This document shows, in pieces, positions 25,140 to 36,348 of a stretch of 63,630 nucleotides of DNA (the first letter of the stretch is position 1; every line of letters begins with the position of its first letter). The translations under genes and the position numbers were made by a program. Below the pieces are notes generated by a model. The model had not been told where the DNA came from. It saw only the letters and a program-made list of their open reading frames with translations, and did not search any database. This DNA comes from Phoronis australis (Eukaryota; Animalia; Phoronida): positions 948,564 to 1,012,193 of the forward strand of contig NMRA01000012.1 in the NCBI GenBank assembly GCA_002633005.1, in the 5' to 3' direction.

Positions 25140-27875
25140 TTCACCAACATAATCACGTGAGATTTATTTCTTTGGCTCACTAATATAGTATTTTCTTGAC
25201 TGGAAGTTTAGTTTCCAACTTTGGCTGGTTCATGTTCGTGATGTCTGATCGGCTTCCGAGCCACTGGCTGGGATAACCAGTCAGTTTGCTGCGACGGGCC
25301 TGATCGGGCTCCGAGCCACTGGCCAGGATAACAAGCGTTTTGTTTGTTTAGGACTCAAAAAATCACAAGTCTAAACAACACAGATCTAGGTTCTCCTGTC
25401 TGTATCCACGGAAAAATACTTCGAATTTATCTCCGAACAGACCCCAAACTCCTAGTGCTACGGACCAAGTTATTGGCCTGCCGAACTTTGTAGGTTACGG
25501 TGTGTCCAAACACCAATAAATCCGTCACAGCGAAATAAAACAAAACGTTTTCATAAGAACTCGGTGTATTTTTAAGGGTTTTACATCAAAGTTTGATAAT
25601 TTATTGGTATTAAACGATGAATTCAAGCAATAAGCTGACACCAGTAACCCGTGTTGTGAACTGCTGAACAGACTGCGTGTGAAACCAATTACGTCATTGG
25701 ATAATTTCAACATCTCCGTCTGCCGTCAGGTAACGCAACCGTACGTGCCGTTATGGAGTGGAACTACTTGATCTAAATTGATACAAATTAGGTTGTTTTT
25801 GGGTGGCATGCTCCTTTAAGCAACGTATGATCTCCATTGGACATATTGTGTCATCATGTTTAATTAGGAACAACTTGTTGTAGTTATCCATTAACCAAAA
25901 CAAAGGGTTCCAATCATAATGAACAAAAACAATGTTTTTCAAAGATGTTGTTACATGGGGCTTTAAAACTTATTTTCACATAGTTATTTTTAATGACCAT
26001 ATTTTCATTTTTCCAATTATGAAATGATCCATAATTGTTCATAAAATAAATATTTTTAATTTGTTTTTAATCAGGGAGGAAATGTATACTGAATTTCTTG
26101 GAAAAATGATTCAGATTTGTGGACATGCTATATCATTCCAGTAGCAAATAGTTTGGGTTATGGTATTTCATATAGTGATGAACGTAGCTGTAGCCATTTA
26201 TGTTCTCAAACATTCAAATATTTTGTGCCAAAGATTAGTAAGACTGTTGCCTAAAATCATGTACCAACTTCTCTGTATAGGTTCATCAAGTAGAAACCAC
26301 AAAATGTTCTTTCTGTGCTCATGGGGTTGATAACTTAACATTGTACCTATTTTAGCAACAAAATTGTTTCAAAAAATAACTAATTAAATTGAGATAAGTT
26401 TCTAACTTATGAATGTCCTGAGATGTTTATTTGTTCAATAGCTCAACTTGATAATTAAGTCATACGGTTTAACGTTTTTCCATATCCGTGAGTTTGAAAT
26501 GGACAGAAAATTTTAGTTCATGTGGATTGTGATATTTTTTTTGTTTTTGCATTGTATTAATGTAACTGAGTGTACAGGTTATAGAACTCTCTTGAAGCAT
26601 TGGTTAATGCCAGTGTGCTCATGTATTAGATATCAGAAAAACAAATTGTAGGTGAGGGAAATTTATTATAATCATGTCATTAAAGTTTTATGTCATTCCT
26701 AATAATATACTGTTGTATTCCTTTTTGGAGCCAACTTTAACTCAAGAAGGTTTGTTAAGTAAGCTGTCTGCTTGTGGTTTATTTAAGGATAAAATTTTCA
26801 GAAGAAAAAATTATAACATGGTCATGCTGTGATGTGAGTGTAAAATATTAGCTAGAACTAATGCAACCGATATATATCAATGATGTGATCCAACTATATG
26901 TTTACTATATCTAGTTTGCGTACCAGGTCTTTTAGGGGATTGTTGATTCACACTCCTTCCAAGGAGGGGAGCATTGTGTGTCAACTTTCACTGAGGAACA
27001 GTGTGCAACTAAAGGTGTTAATGGTTCTTTGCTTGAGGATTTTTTGGTAATTAAATACGCTTCGTTGTCGTTTTAATCACTTTTATCATACATCATGAAA
27101 TTTAAAAAAAAAAATATTAGCCCTTAATCCGTGTTGTTGTGTCAGGCTTTATCAGGAACACAGGATTAAGGTATTATTGATTTTGAAAGCCAAAAATTAG
27201 AAGTAAACACCAACACAGGCGCAGTTGAAAATGTCACTGCCGAAAGTGGCACACACAAGGTTAACATAATTGTGGTTTAACTCAACTTAGTCACAGTCCA
27301 GAGACTGAGATCAAAAACAAAATTTTTAAAAAAATATAAAAAAATTTTAAAAAAAAATTAAAAAAACAAAACAAAAAAACGTACAAGTCCTCTGGTTGAT
27401 TCATACAGAATCTTTCTAAACGTGTAGGCAGTGTATTCAAATAAGTTTCATTGCGTTACAACACAGCCCAGAAGCTTTTAATACCAATCAAAATTTTAAG
27501 TTGCATTTCGGTCTGGCTAAAAACGAAAATCGAATTACGTCATGTACTCTTATAATGTCTCACAATATTCCTTACCGCCGGTAGCATTACATTTCAGTTA
27601 TCAACAAGTTTCAAAGGCAAGGCTTGATGCGCTATTTTCAAATTCGTAACTTAAGTGTTAACACTAATAAACTCCAGCGTTTTCTTGAGTCGATGATTTC
27701 TACGTTCTTGTTGATAACGGGAAATGGATTCCCATCGTGGCGAGGAAAATTTTGAGCCCAGTTTTATCAGGATATGGCCTTATTCTAGTTTCGTTTTTAG
27801 TCTGCTTAATTAGGTGAAATACAACTTCAACATATTTTTAATTCTAGATGACAAAGTCAGCCTTGTATTCACATT

Positions 27876-28024
27876 TCACGTGCTCATATATCCCAGATCT
27901 AAATCGACCTCGTAGTTCTTGATGATACTATCGGGCAAAGTCCCTTGAACCAAATCCTCCTTTCGAATGTCCGCGAGGTCTGGCGGCAGTGAGAATGCTG
28001 GAAAATACGAAAATTCACCGTTGT
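27876..28024 (-). CDS. IRF: Probable IRF terminal exon (acidic tail)
   Basis: Phase-1 compatible AG at 28025-28026; DNGEFSYFPAFSLPPDLADIRKEDLVQGTLPDSIIKNYEVDLDLGYMST-TGA; coding-like composition but a weak pyrimidine tract. Confidence 0.6.
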
Positions 28025-30790
28025 CTAATATGTTGCTGACATAAATAGTAATCGAACATCGCAGGAAGTAGTTGGCCAATTATTACTACCTTTTTACCGT
28101 TGGGGGTCAGCATTCAGTGAGCATCTTGGCGTTTTTATAATGAATAATAATTGCACACGAGAAATTATCTTTTTGAAATATTGTTGATTTAACTCAATGA
28201 ATACAGGACCGTGGTGACAAGCGGAGGAAGGGTAACATGCCCTCCAGTAACTTAGGAAAATTGGGAAGGAGTTTTTTTAATAGAGACAAGGGAAGGCACG
28301 AACTTTGCAACAAGGGGGCGAAATGGTGACGATCGGGGTGGTGCAAAACTTAACGACGTTAAATTTGTTTTTTAGTCTGTCCCTTCATAATTTTCACGTT
28401 CTTTGGATCGGTAAGTTTTACGAACTTATATGCCCATGAACGTGCCTGGCTGGTATACGTCATTTACGTTTACCTAAAAAAAACGTTCTAAGTCTAGAGG
28501 GTTCTGATTAAGCCCCGTGCTTATTTAGCCAAATACCTAAAATACTAAAGATTTCAGCTTAGTAAAAGTATATATTTTCTGAAATTAGAATTTGATTTCT
28601 GACTTTTTACTAATATGTCTCCAGTTGATAAAATTTAGCAAAAAGAATGGTACGAATAACATGATCAAACTTTAGTTGTTGTAAATGTTCAAGAAAACGA
28701 TGTTACAGTTTTCGGAAATACCATTTTGGTTTTGTTTCATCCAAGTGAAACTTTGTTTTTTTTTTCATGAAAATCATATAACTTTGAATCTATTTTAATT
28801 GCCTCTCATCAGCCTCAGGCAAAAGTGGAACATTTTGATGGCGTTTTGGAGAGCAATGCTTAAACCTTTGTGTGTGAAAGTTTCGTATGAATCCATCAGC
28901 CATTTTTGAGATAGGGCGTTCCCAAGTTAGTCAAATTTGCACATTTTCCTAGTGTCCTACATAACGTTAAGGATCATATGATTCTCCTCACCTCGTCGAC
29001 GCGGGATCAGTCGGTACACTTTGTAAGGCTCAGTGGCGTGGGGCTGGCTAAGGCTGTCGTCTTCAACAATGTCTTTGGCCCGATTGAAAGCGTTCCTAAG
29101 ACGCAGCTTCCAGCATGACCAGTTCGGCTCATCGCGACCCTCCACGAATCGGCCAGTGTGTTTGGCCCAAGCCTACGTGAAGAACAACCAAGTCAGTTCT
29201 GGTACCGTAATTCTCGTTTGTCCGTTCGTACGTGGAATTTGATTCATGAACCAGCACTCTAGCTGTCACGGTCATAAACTTTCTGCTAAAGAGCTCCGTA
29301 GACACAAGAATCTTGTGAAGGAAGATAGAATGATCACGTGATTCGCTTGTAAAACGTGGCGATATGTCCTGTGTGATCTTGTGTGTTCGTGAGGTTCTCG
29401 CGTGTACGGAATTCTCGCGCATGGGCCCGGAGTCTAATTTTTATACTCCTTCTAAGTAGAACGGATAATGACGAAAATGATTTGAGATTCCATTTCTATT
29501 ACAAAGATTATACCCCGGCACCTGGTCTCTACGTGTTACATGAAAAGTGGTTTCTGGGCTCGGAAAGAGCAGGTGGTTCGTTTATTTAAAATACTTAAGA
29601 CCATGCTCGTGGTTGACGCCGTGACAATACAACTTGTTGCCAGGTCTCAAGCAAAATCTAGTTCAATGACAGCACTTTTGAGTAATGCTTTTGAAATCTT
29701 TATGAAATTTTCTTTTTCTTTACGAGTCTACCAAGGAAGTGATGGTTTGGAGTTGAAATGCTTTTTTGCCATTTCTTGAAGCCCCGAATCCCTTAAAGGG
29801 CCACAATATGAGAAAAGATAAAATTTCTGTGGCCATATGTAGCGGTTTTGCCTCGAAAAAAACTCGCAGTTTTTCATTTTGTTCATAGAGTTTTCGACTG
29901 AGTGGAGGAAAGACAGCAAGTTCAGTGACGTGTGGACTGGCGGGTCAAAGCCCAGCGAGAACTGTACAGTCCGTGCCTTCCTTCTCCAACGTATAATATC
30001 TTACTTAGACCCAGTCAGATTATATCCACATGTAACCAGACGGTATATTATTCAGACGAAAAAACCATACCATCATCTTTTAGCGTCAGACATAAAAAGG
30101 CCAAGAGGCTATTTCTGCTCTTAGGCCGTGTTTGCCAAACTACTTTTTAGCGGACTCACGAGATGTCGTCAGTTGCCACCCACGTGTTGCGTGGCAACTC
30201 CAGATGAGATGAGCTGACACGTGGACGAGGCGCTCACGCCACCTGCCCAATGTTGGCATTCAAATACACTGATGCAGGTAGGACACTAAGCGGACTCTCT
30301 CTCCTGAGAACCGTTTTCAGTGGTCCGTGGTCACAGTGACTGGCGATTAATGTAGAGAAAATGAGATGAATGAGTGTGACTGACGTTGAATTTGGATGGT
30401 ATTTACCGAAATATATGCCCGCCACTGACCAGCAGACTTTTTGTAAAATTCACTGCGTACGGTGCACACAATTAATGACAAATTTGCAAATGCTGTTAAT
30501 GTTCATAAGTGGGGCACTGTTGTTGCCAGATGAGTATTGCACCAAAATACATTCGATGAGCGATAGGCCCAACTGTATGGTGTTGTGTATTTAGTGTCTT
30601 CAGGAAATGCTCAACACAATTAAGTACCGTACCTTAAATATGACACAATCCTCTTCTCTCCATCCGGGCTTTCCTAGATGTTTCCAAGTTATCACAAATT
30701 TATCCCTCTTGCCATTCAACCATTTTAAGCCCGGACAAGTTCCCCTGTCCAACTGTTCTTCTAGCCATGGCCGCAGTAACTGTCGATGTG
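27876..30790 (-). CDS. IRF: Interferon regulatory factor (IRF family), short form: join(30790-30633,29172-28992,28024-27876); start exon unresolved
   Basis: HRQLLRPWLEEQLDRGTCPGLKWLNGKRDKFVITWKHLGKPGWREEDCVIFK|AWAKHTGRFVEGRDEPNWSCWKLRLRNAFNRAKDIVEDDSLSQPHATEPYKVYRLIP is the tryptophan-cluster IRF DNA-binding domain. The phase-0 intron at FK|AWA is as I recall for IRF4/IRF8. Confidence 0.93.
28497..28938. repeat. Dispersed ~450-550 bp repeat family (also ~42400-42900, ~51560-52030, ~52935-53475, ~58010-58200)
   Basis: Shared blocks tatattttctgaaa.tagaa..tttgattt, gcccttcatgca.aagtggaa, aaagtttcatgtga.tc.gatcagccattt.tgagata. Confidence 0.7.
28992..29172 (-). CDS. IRF: IRF DNA-binding domain exon B
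   Basis: ttcttcacgtag acceptor, GTGAGG donor, 181 nt; AWAKHTGRF..WKLRLRNAFN..EPYKVYRLIP. Confidence 0.94.
30633..30790 (-). CDS. IRF: IRF DNA-binding domain exon A
   Basis: tgtttgcag acceptor, GTACGG donor, 158 nt; LRPWL..GLKWL..ITWKH..IFK. Confidence 0.93.
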
Positions 30791-33695
30791 CTGCAAACAG
30801 TCAATTTTTTCAGAAATATTTGTATTATCATTAAAAAATAAAACAAAATAAAGTGACTCACCAGCGTTTCGGTATTCGCCGATCTAGTTATTTACGCGCC
30901 TTAAGCGTTTGGTTTTTAATTACATCGGAAATAAAACCATCTTTCATAACAATTTTTTATTCACACTAATTACCGTTATGAAATTGACCTCAAATTGTTA
31001 GTTAAACTGGAGGTGATAGACCTTCGACAGAACTGACACAGTCTACTTTATTGCTTGAGGCTAGGCTGTGCAAGTGGGCTTGTCACGGCGTCACTCATTT
31101 TGCACCGAGCATAGGTCTCGAGGAAGTTATAACAAACCGTCACTTCTTTGGAAACCCAGAAATCGTTTTTATTTTTATAAGGGAAAAGTTTGACCAATTT
31201 TATAGAGATATAAGCTGTTTAAATAACAAATGGCTTCTCTGATGAAAGACGGGTTTATGGGCGCTTTGAAAACGTCAACCACATGCCGGAAAAAATAAGA
31301 GTAAGAGCGACTACTGCAACCAATCAAACTATGAACATGAGGGATTCAGAGCCACTTGCAAGGATACACGTGACATGAGTCAGGGCCAACTGTAGTAACT
31401 TCGTAGGTGTGTTACTGTAATTCAAAGAGAGGGTCGAGGCTTTGGATTCAAGAACGTATAGGCTTTCTTATGTCAGTACTCCCAGGTCAGAACATACGTC
31501 CTGAGTGTACCTGCTTTGAAACTAGGAACTAGCTAGATTCCTAGCTTAAAATAACGTCAGTGACAATAAAGTTTTGTCAGAGATATGAATCCAGGCACGC
31601 GTTCCGTAGACGCGAGAACCTCGTGAAAACGCGAGATTATCAAAGACGGTCTCTGATATCACGACTTCGCTAGATATCGCCATACATTGCAAGCGAAGCA
31701 CGTCACCACACTGGCGCATAAATTTTAAGATTCTTGCATCCATGAGACTGCGTATTGAGACTAGCTGTATGAAGATACAGCTGGGAATCGAATTGTGTTA
31801 ATTTTACATAGACCTCGAAATTTCACACAATCAGGATATTTCTGCTCCGCTCGTCACCTCGTCACGGTAACTTGGTCAAAAGCAAAATCTGAGTCAACCG
31901 ACACTTACCTTGCCTGTTACAGTCGTTCAAGTGAAAAAACAATAATCCAATAAACGTTAATTTTTTTCGTCAGTCTCCGGCTTTTGTAACAAAGCAAAAT
32001 CTGTCATCGACTTGCAAACAGTAGGTTAACAGAATTTGCTAAATTTTGAGACATCTTTCGGAACTTGAGATAATGACAATTTTGCAGAAGAAAATTTTTC
32101 ACAGAAATTTGTTTTGCTGATAATAAAATACTAAAAACTTATAACGAAAAGAAACTATTTTCTACAATTTTTTGTCGTACACGACCTTGTGGAAGAACAG
32201 TTGAGTGAAGCCGAATCGGTGAAAACAGAAATTTGACAATAGGTGACGCGCTATTTCATTGCGTCGTGGCATATAATCGTTTGTACAAATTTAGCAACAG
32301 AATAACGATAAAAGGACACTTTTTAACACCGATCACCAATTTAGTATACGCAAGGAAGAGTGTTCTTTTCAGTGACATTAATTTCGTGTCAGATGTTATA
32401 TGGCCATTTTTACCCGCATCGTTCCAAAGCTGTATTTTTATGCAGTTTTTGTAGAAGGCCACCTCAGTGAATTTCCGTATTTGCAAACTGTGCCGCTTTC
32501 CCTCTTCCTGAAGGTTTTATTCACCGAAAAGTCAGTGTTTACGCCACTCATGAGAACCAAGTAAAGTAGTACTATAAGCACTTCACACATCAGTGAAGTG
32601 ACGTAAACTTGAACCGCTCATACTCAAACGCAAACGCTGTCGTCATTCGTACTAACTCCCCGGCATTATTTTCGTGCACGTATTCTACTAATGCAATCTA
32701 ATTTTAAAGCTGAATTGTCATCTTAAATGATCACAAGTCACGTAAGACTTCCGGTGGCGTTCGAAGTTTCGACGCAAACAATGCTCCTAATTAAACTGCC
32801 CTTAACTGACTTAATTTTAATGTCGACACGCCGATGTTTTGGGGAATTGCGGTCATCCTAACGATTAACGTTGGTCCTGGCTCGCCAGTTACCCACGCAG
32901 TAAACAAATGGAATATTCGAAGTTATCGCCAGCCAGGGTCCACTGTTATCGTCAACAAAGGACAATGCTTTTGGTATTTTTTGTTAATATTTTGCTCAAA
33001 TAATCACCTATCGAATTAGAAGTAGGTTTTTGTTAACTCGTCACATAAAAGAAATATTAACGCGCTCGCATTTCATCAGTTACCTCAGTCGCTGACGACA
33101 GAGTAACCGTTTACTTCGATGCTGCCGGTATGAACGGTTCACCTTATTTCGCAGTTCACATCTGCGCACCTCTCATATCGGAGTTAAGTTAATATGAAAG
33201 GGTTTTAACTCTATCCTCTCTAAAGAATTTTCTTCTTTTTTATGGTCGGACGCTCATTTTTCATCGCCGCGCATACGTTTTCTCAAAGACGAAGCGTTGG
33301 GTTTTTTCATATTTTGTACCAACTGATCAACTGGTGTTGGTGAGACGAACTCCATGTGTCATTTGAATTTGGTGACCTTGATTCTTTTTCAAGTTCACAA
33401 CGAGAAAATCAAGTTGTGTTGTTTCGTTGTTACAATTAATAAGGTAACCTGTTATCAGGGTGTAAATAGAATATTTGTCGCGGTCATGATATGCAGTCGA
33501 TCGCCGGAGAGGAAAAATTATGGTTTTATGTGGTACATAACTGTCAGATGGAAAGGGGTTCGAAGTTGATGTGCTGAGACGGAAGCCATTCCAAACGTGT
33601 TTTACAACCAAATGCAAAATGCGTAGTCTTGAGCAAGTATACAACTGTATCTCGACAATATTGGTCAAGATCTCCACTCACCATCAAGTTCATAC

Positions 33696-33728
33696 TGCCG
33701 TCCCCAAACAGCCTGCTACCTATTTATA
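33696..33728 (-). promoter_or_regulatory. Candidate TATA box plus Inr for the IRF gene
   Basis: Minus-strand TATAAATA (33728-33721) lies 32 nt before GCAGT, followed by ATGAACTTGATG|GTGAGT. Confidence 0.35.
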
Positions 33729-34767
33729 CTAGTGTCCTATTCACCGATATCGTGTCATCATGACAACAAATCTGCGCTCTGAGTCGTGCACGCATCGGTT
33801 TTTGCTATGAAAAGGTCAACAGGGAGTGTCGTTTTGTTTCGATTTTGCCTTACATGAAACAGTCAAGTTCTGAAAGCGTGTTGGCGTTTTAGGGCACGAT
33901 TTTACTGTGACCCGGGTGTTAAAGTGTACCAGTCTTAGGTCTCTGAGGTTTTAGTTGCAGATTTTTGTGCTCCGCGCTGTTCGTTTTGATCATTACGTGA
34001 AGTTTCGATGAAAAAAGGTCCAGTCCGTCACCAGGCGGCGAGACCGACTCGACTGCCGGCCGCCGGCTAACTAAGAATTGCCAAACAACATGTCATGGAA
34101 ATCGACGACGAAAGATTTCATGAATCCTCTCAAACATGAGTAAAACTTTAACCGAGAAATGAACCTCAGTTATTGGAAACTATTATATGACGCTGCAAAT
34201 CCGAGACTATTCCAGTGAGGAACTTGGCTGTATAAGTGAAGTGCTAAATAAACAAGTAATGATCCATCCGGTCTATTGTGGGAAAAACGGGTTTCTCGTT
34301 TTGCACTGGATACTGAAGAAAAAGGTGAAGCTCACAGAATAAGGGCAATGGTTCAACACCGGTAACTGTTTTTGTTTTCTCAGTGGGTTTTAATGGCATG
34401 ATTTTTATCAGATTTTAGTCTGTTCGTTTTATTTTTGTTTTCGAGTGGTGCCGCGGCAGTTAAACGAGTGTGCCCACTCCCGCCACGGTGGTATCAGTAA
34501 AAAGTTTGGTGAACACATTGGTTTTCTCATACATTCAGTTATGTAATAAAATGCATTAAATTCACCCCCGAGGACACCAGGTAACCCTTTTGACCCTTTC
34601 TCTGAAACGTCAGCGAATAGGTTATCAAAGACGCAACTACGTGTGCCCCCTGTGGGTAGGACTGCATTTTACAGTATACTGGAGGAAGTCAACCTACCCT
34701 CTGACACAGCGCCACCTATACTGCAAACTTTCGTTTAGCACTGTGATAGAGTGTAGAAGTCAACCCA

Positions 34768-34921
34768 GCCTCCCGTTCAGTAACGCTAGGACCTAGTTTA
34801 AAAGCAAGACTTTGAGAGATTACGCGAGATATTGCCCTGTATTTCAAATAAGAGCACGTGACCTTGGCTAGCTTTTGGCTTGGTCCTAGCGTAGGTCCTA
34901 GCGTCTACTGAACGCACGCCT
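34768..34921. mobile_element. ~155-bp MITE (GGTCCTAGC family); related copies at ~8815-8910 and ~11860-11960
   Basis: TIRs cgttcagtaacgctaggaccta / taggtcctagcgtctactgaacg; the internal sequence is the reverse complement of 11860-11945. Confidence 0.65.
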
Positions 34922-35843
34922 GCAGGTTTGTAAATACTGAGATGGTGTATAGTCATTGCTGGTTTGTAAATACTGGGATAGTGTAAGACAAACTGTTGAC
35001 GTCCTGCAGAGATTTGGATAGAACCCCTTGATGGGCTACCCAATACAACCACACTTGTTTCAATTGAATGTATATTCTGAACAAAACGTAGTGTTCATAT
35101 ATCCGACTGGCTCCTTTTAACAGAAACCAAAGTGGTAAAAAGTTTTAGTTAGTTTACGTTCGTGTCTCCGTATTCGGAACACTACTCGTCTCTGCTTAGG
35201 AAAGCTCGGGAGACGGGCATCGGGGGTAAACGTGTAGCGACGAGAGGGAGATGAAAATTTGGGAGTGGATGGATAGATAAATTGTCCGTGGGCAGCTGGA
35301 ATATCTAAGGCCCCAGGTTTTTTGTAGCTTAAAAGTATTCCGAGAAACCTTAACTTGAATCCGGCGCTGATTAGCGACCAGTCGTAAACAAAATCATCTT
35401 TCAAACCCAGTAAAATTAATAGAAACTTTAATTATTAAAACAGTATTGGCGAGAAAATTAAAGTGTTTTCTGAGATCAGACGCAGCGCGGAATCGAACCC
35501 GCACTGCAATACCGGCAGTAGCAGAATTAAATCCCATATCGATAAATGACAGAAAGTTTAAGCGTATAACTTGATAAGTCACCGGTCTCGATTTTAGCGA
35601 ATGTCTAGCAAACAAACGTGACTGGCGCTCTGTTATCAGATCACAAAAACACAACAGATTTTGATGTTTAAAAGCTCTGGACAAAACTCGAGTAACTTCA
35701 AAAAGTCTATCTTATCCAATAATAATTCCCCAAAACGCGTTTTCAGACGATAAAACCTACAGTGCCCTTTAAGCAGTCAACATCCGACGTTCAAATATAA
35801 CAAAGCACGTTTTGTACATTATTACCTAATGTAATAAGATGCC

Positions 35844-35958
35844 CAGGAGCGGATCCAGGATTTTGAGTTAGGGGGGCCAGGGCAGAGTATTAGCTAGGTT
35901 TTTGCCCGTCAGACATTCGCACCCCCGAACTGCCAAACCCCCTCTAAATCCACTGCTA
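35844..35958. mobile_element. hAT-type MITE (CAGGGGCGGATCCAGGATTTT family); another copy at 40701-40910
   Basis: caggagcggatccaggattttgagttagggggg is near-identical to 40701-40732 and related to the TIR at 44093. Confidence 0.6.
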
Positions 35959-36335
35959 CCTATTGTTATTTCAATGTACATACCTTTAGAATATGACCGC
36001 GTGCCAGTATGAAGAGAACAGTTGGTGGCCATACCGTACAACAGAGCTAATAGCTGGCTAATGAGTTCAAAATCCATAAATTATATTTTTGAGGAATTCC
36101 TAATATTGTGTAATGAATAAAGATTTTCACTGGAAGTTGCCCTTCATAAAAACTTCCTTTATTTCCGCCAATGAACTCGGCGATGTTTCTAATGTACAGG
36201 AAGTTAACCGATAATACGGGAAATCTGATAATGGGGAAGTTCAGTTACTGAGATTTTATTATCCACTGTCCTCGATAAAAAGTTTGCTAAAAATACAAAT
36301 TGTGACTTTTAGCATTTGAAAATTTTTTAATATGT

Positions 36336-36348
36336 AGTTTCACTTTCT
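36336..36348. promoter_or_regulatory. ISRE/IRF-E consensus match upstream of the IRF gene
   Basis: AGTTTCACTTTCT; a kB-like GGGGAAGTTC lies at 36233-36242; short motifs can occur by chance. Confidence 0.3.

Larger units (their letters stand above)
22723..25815 (+). mobile_element. Kolobok-type DNA transposon, internally deleted, TTAA TSD
   Basis: TTAA|AGGAGAATGCCACCC ... GGGTGGCATGCTCCT|TTAA (15-bp TIR, 1 mismatch); a THAP remnant lies near the left end. Confidence 0.82.

Noticed and set aside
35338-35346. GAS-like TTCCGAGAA upstream of the IRF
   Set aside because: A single 9-mer next to repeat-derived sequence; cannot be distinguished from chance.
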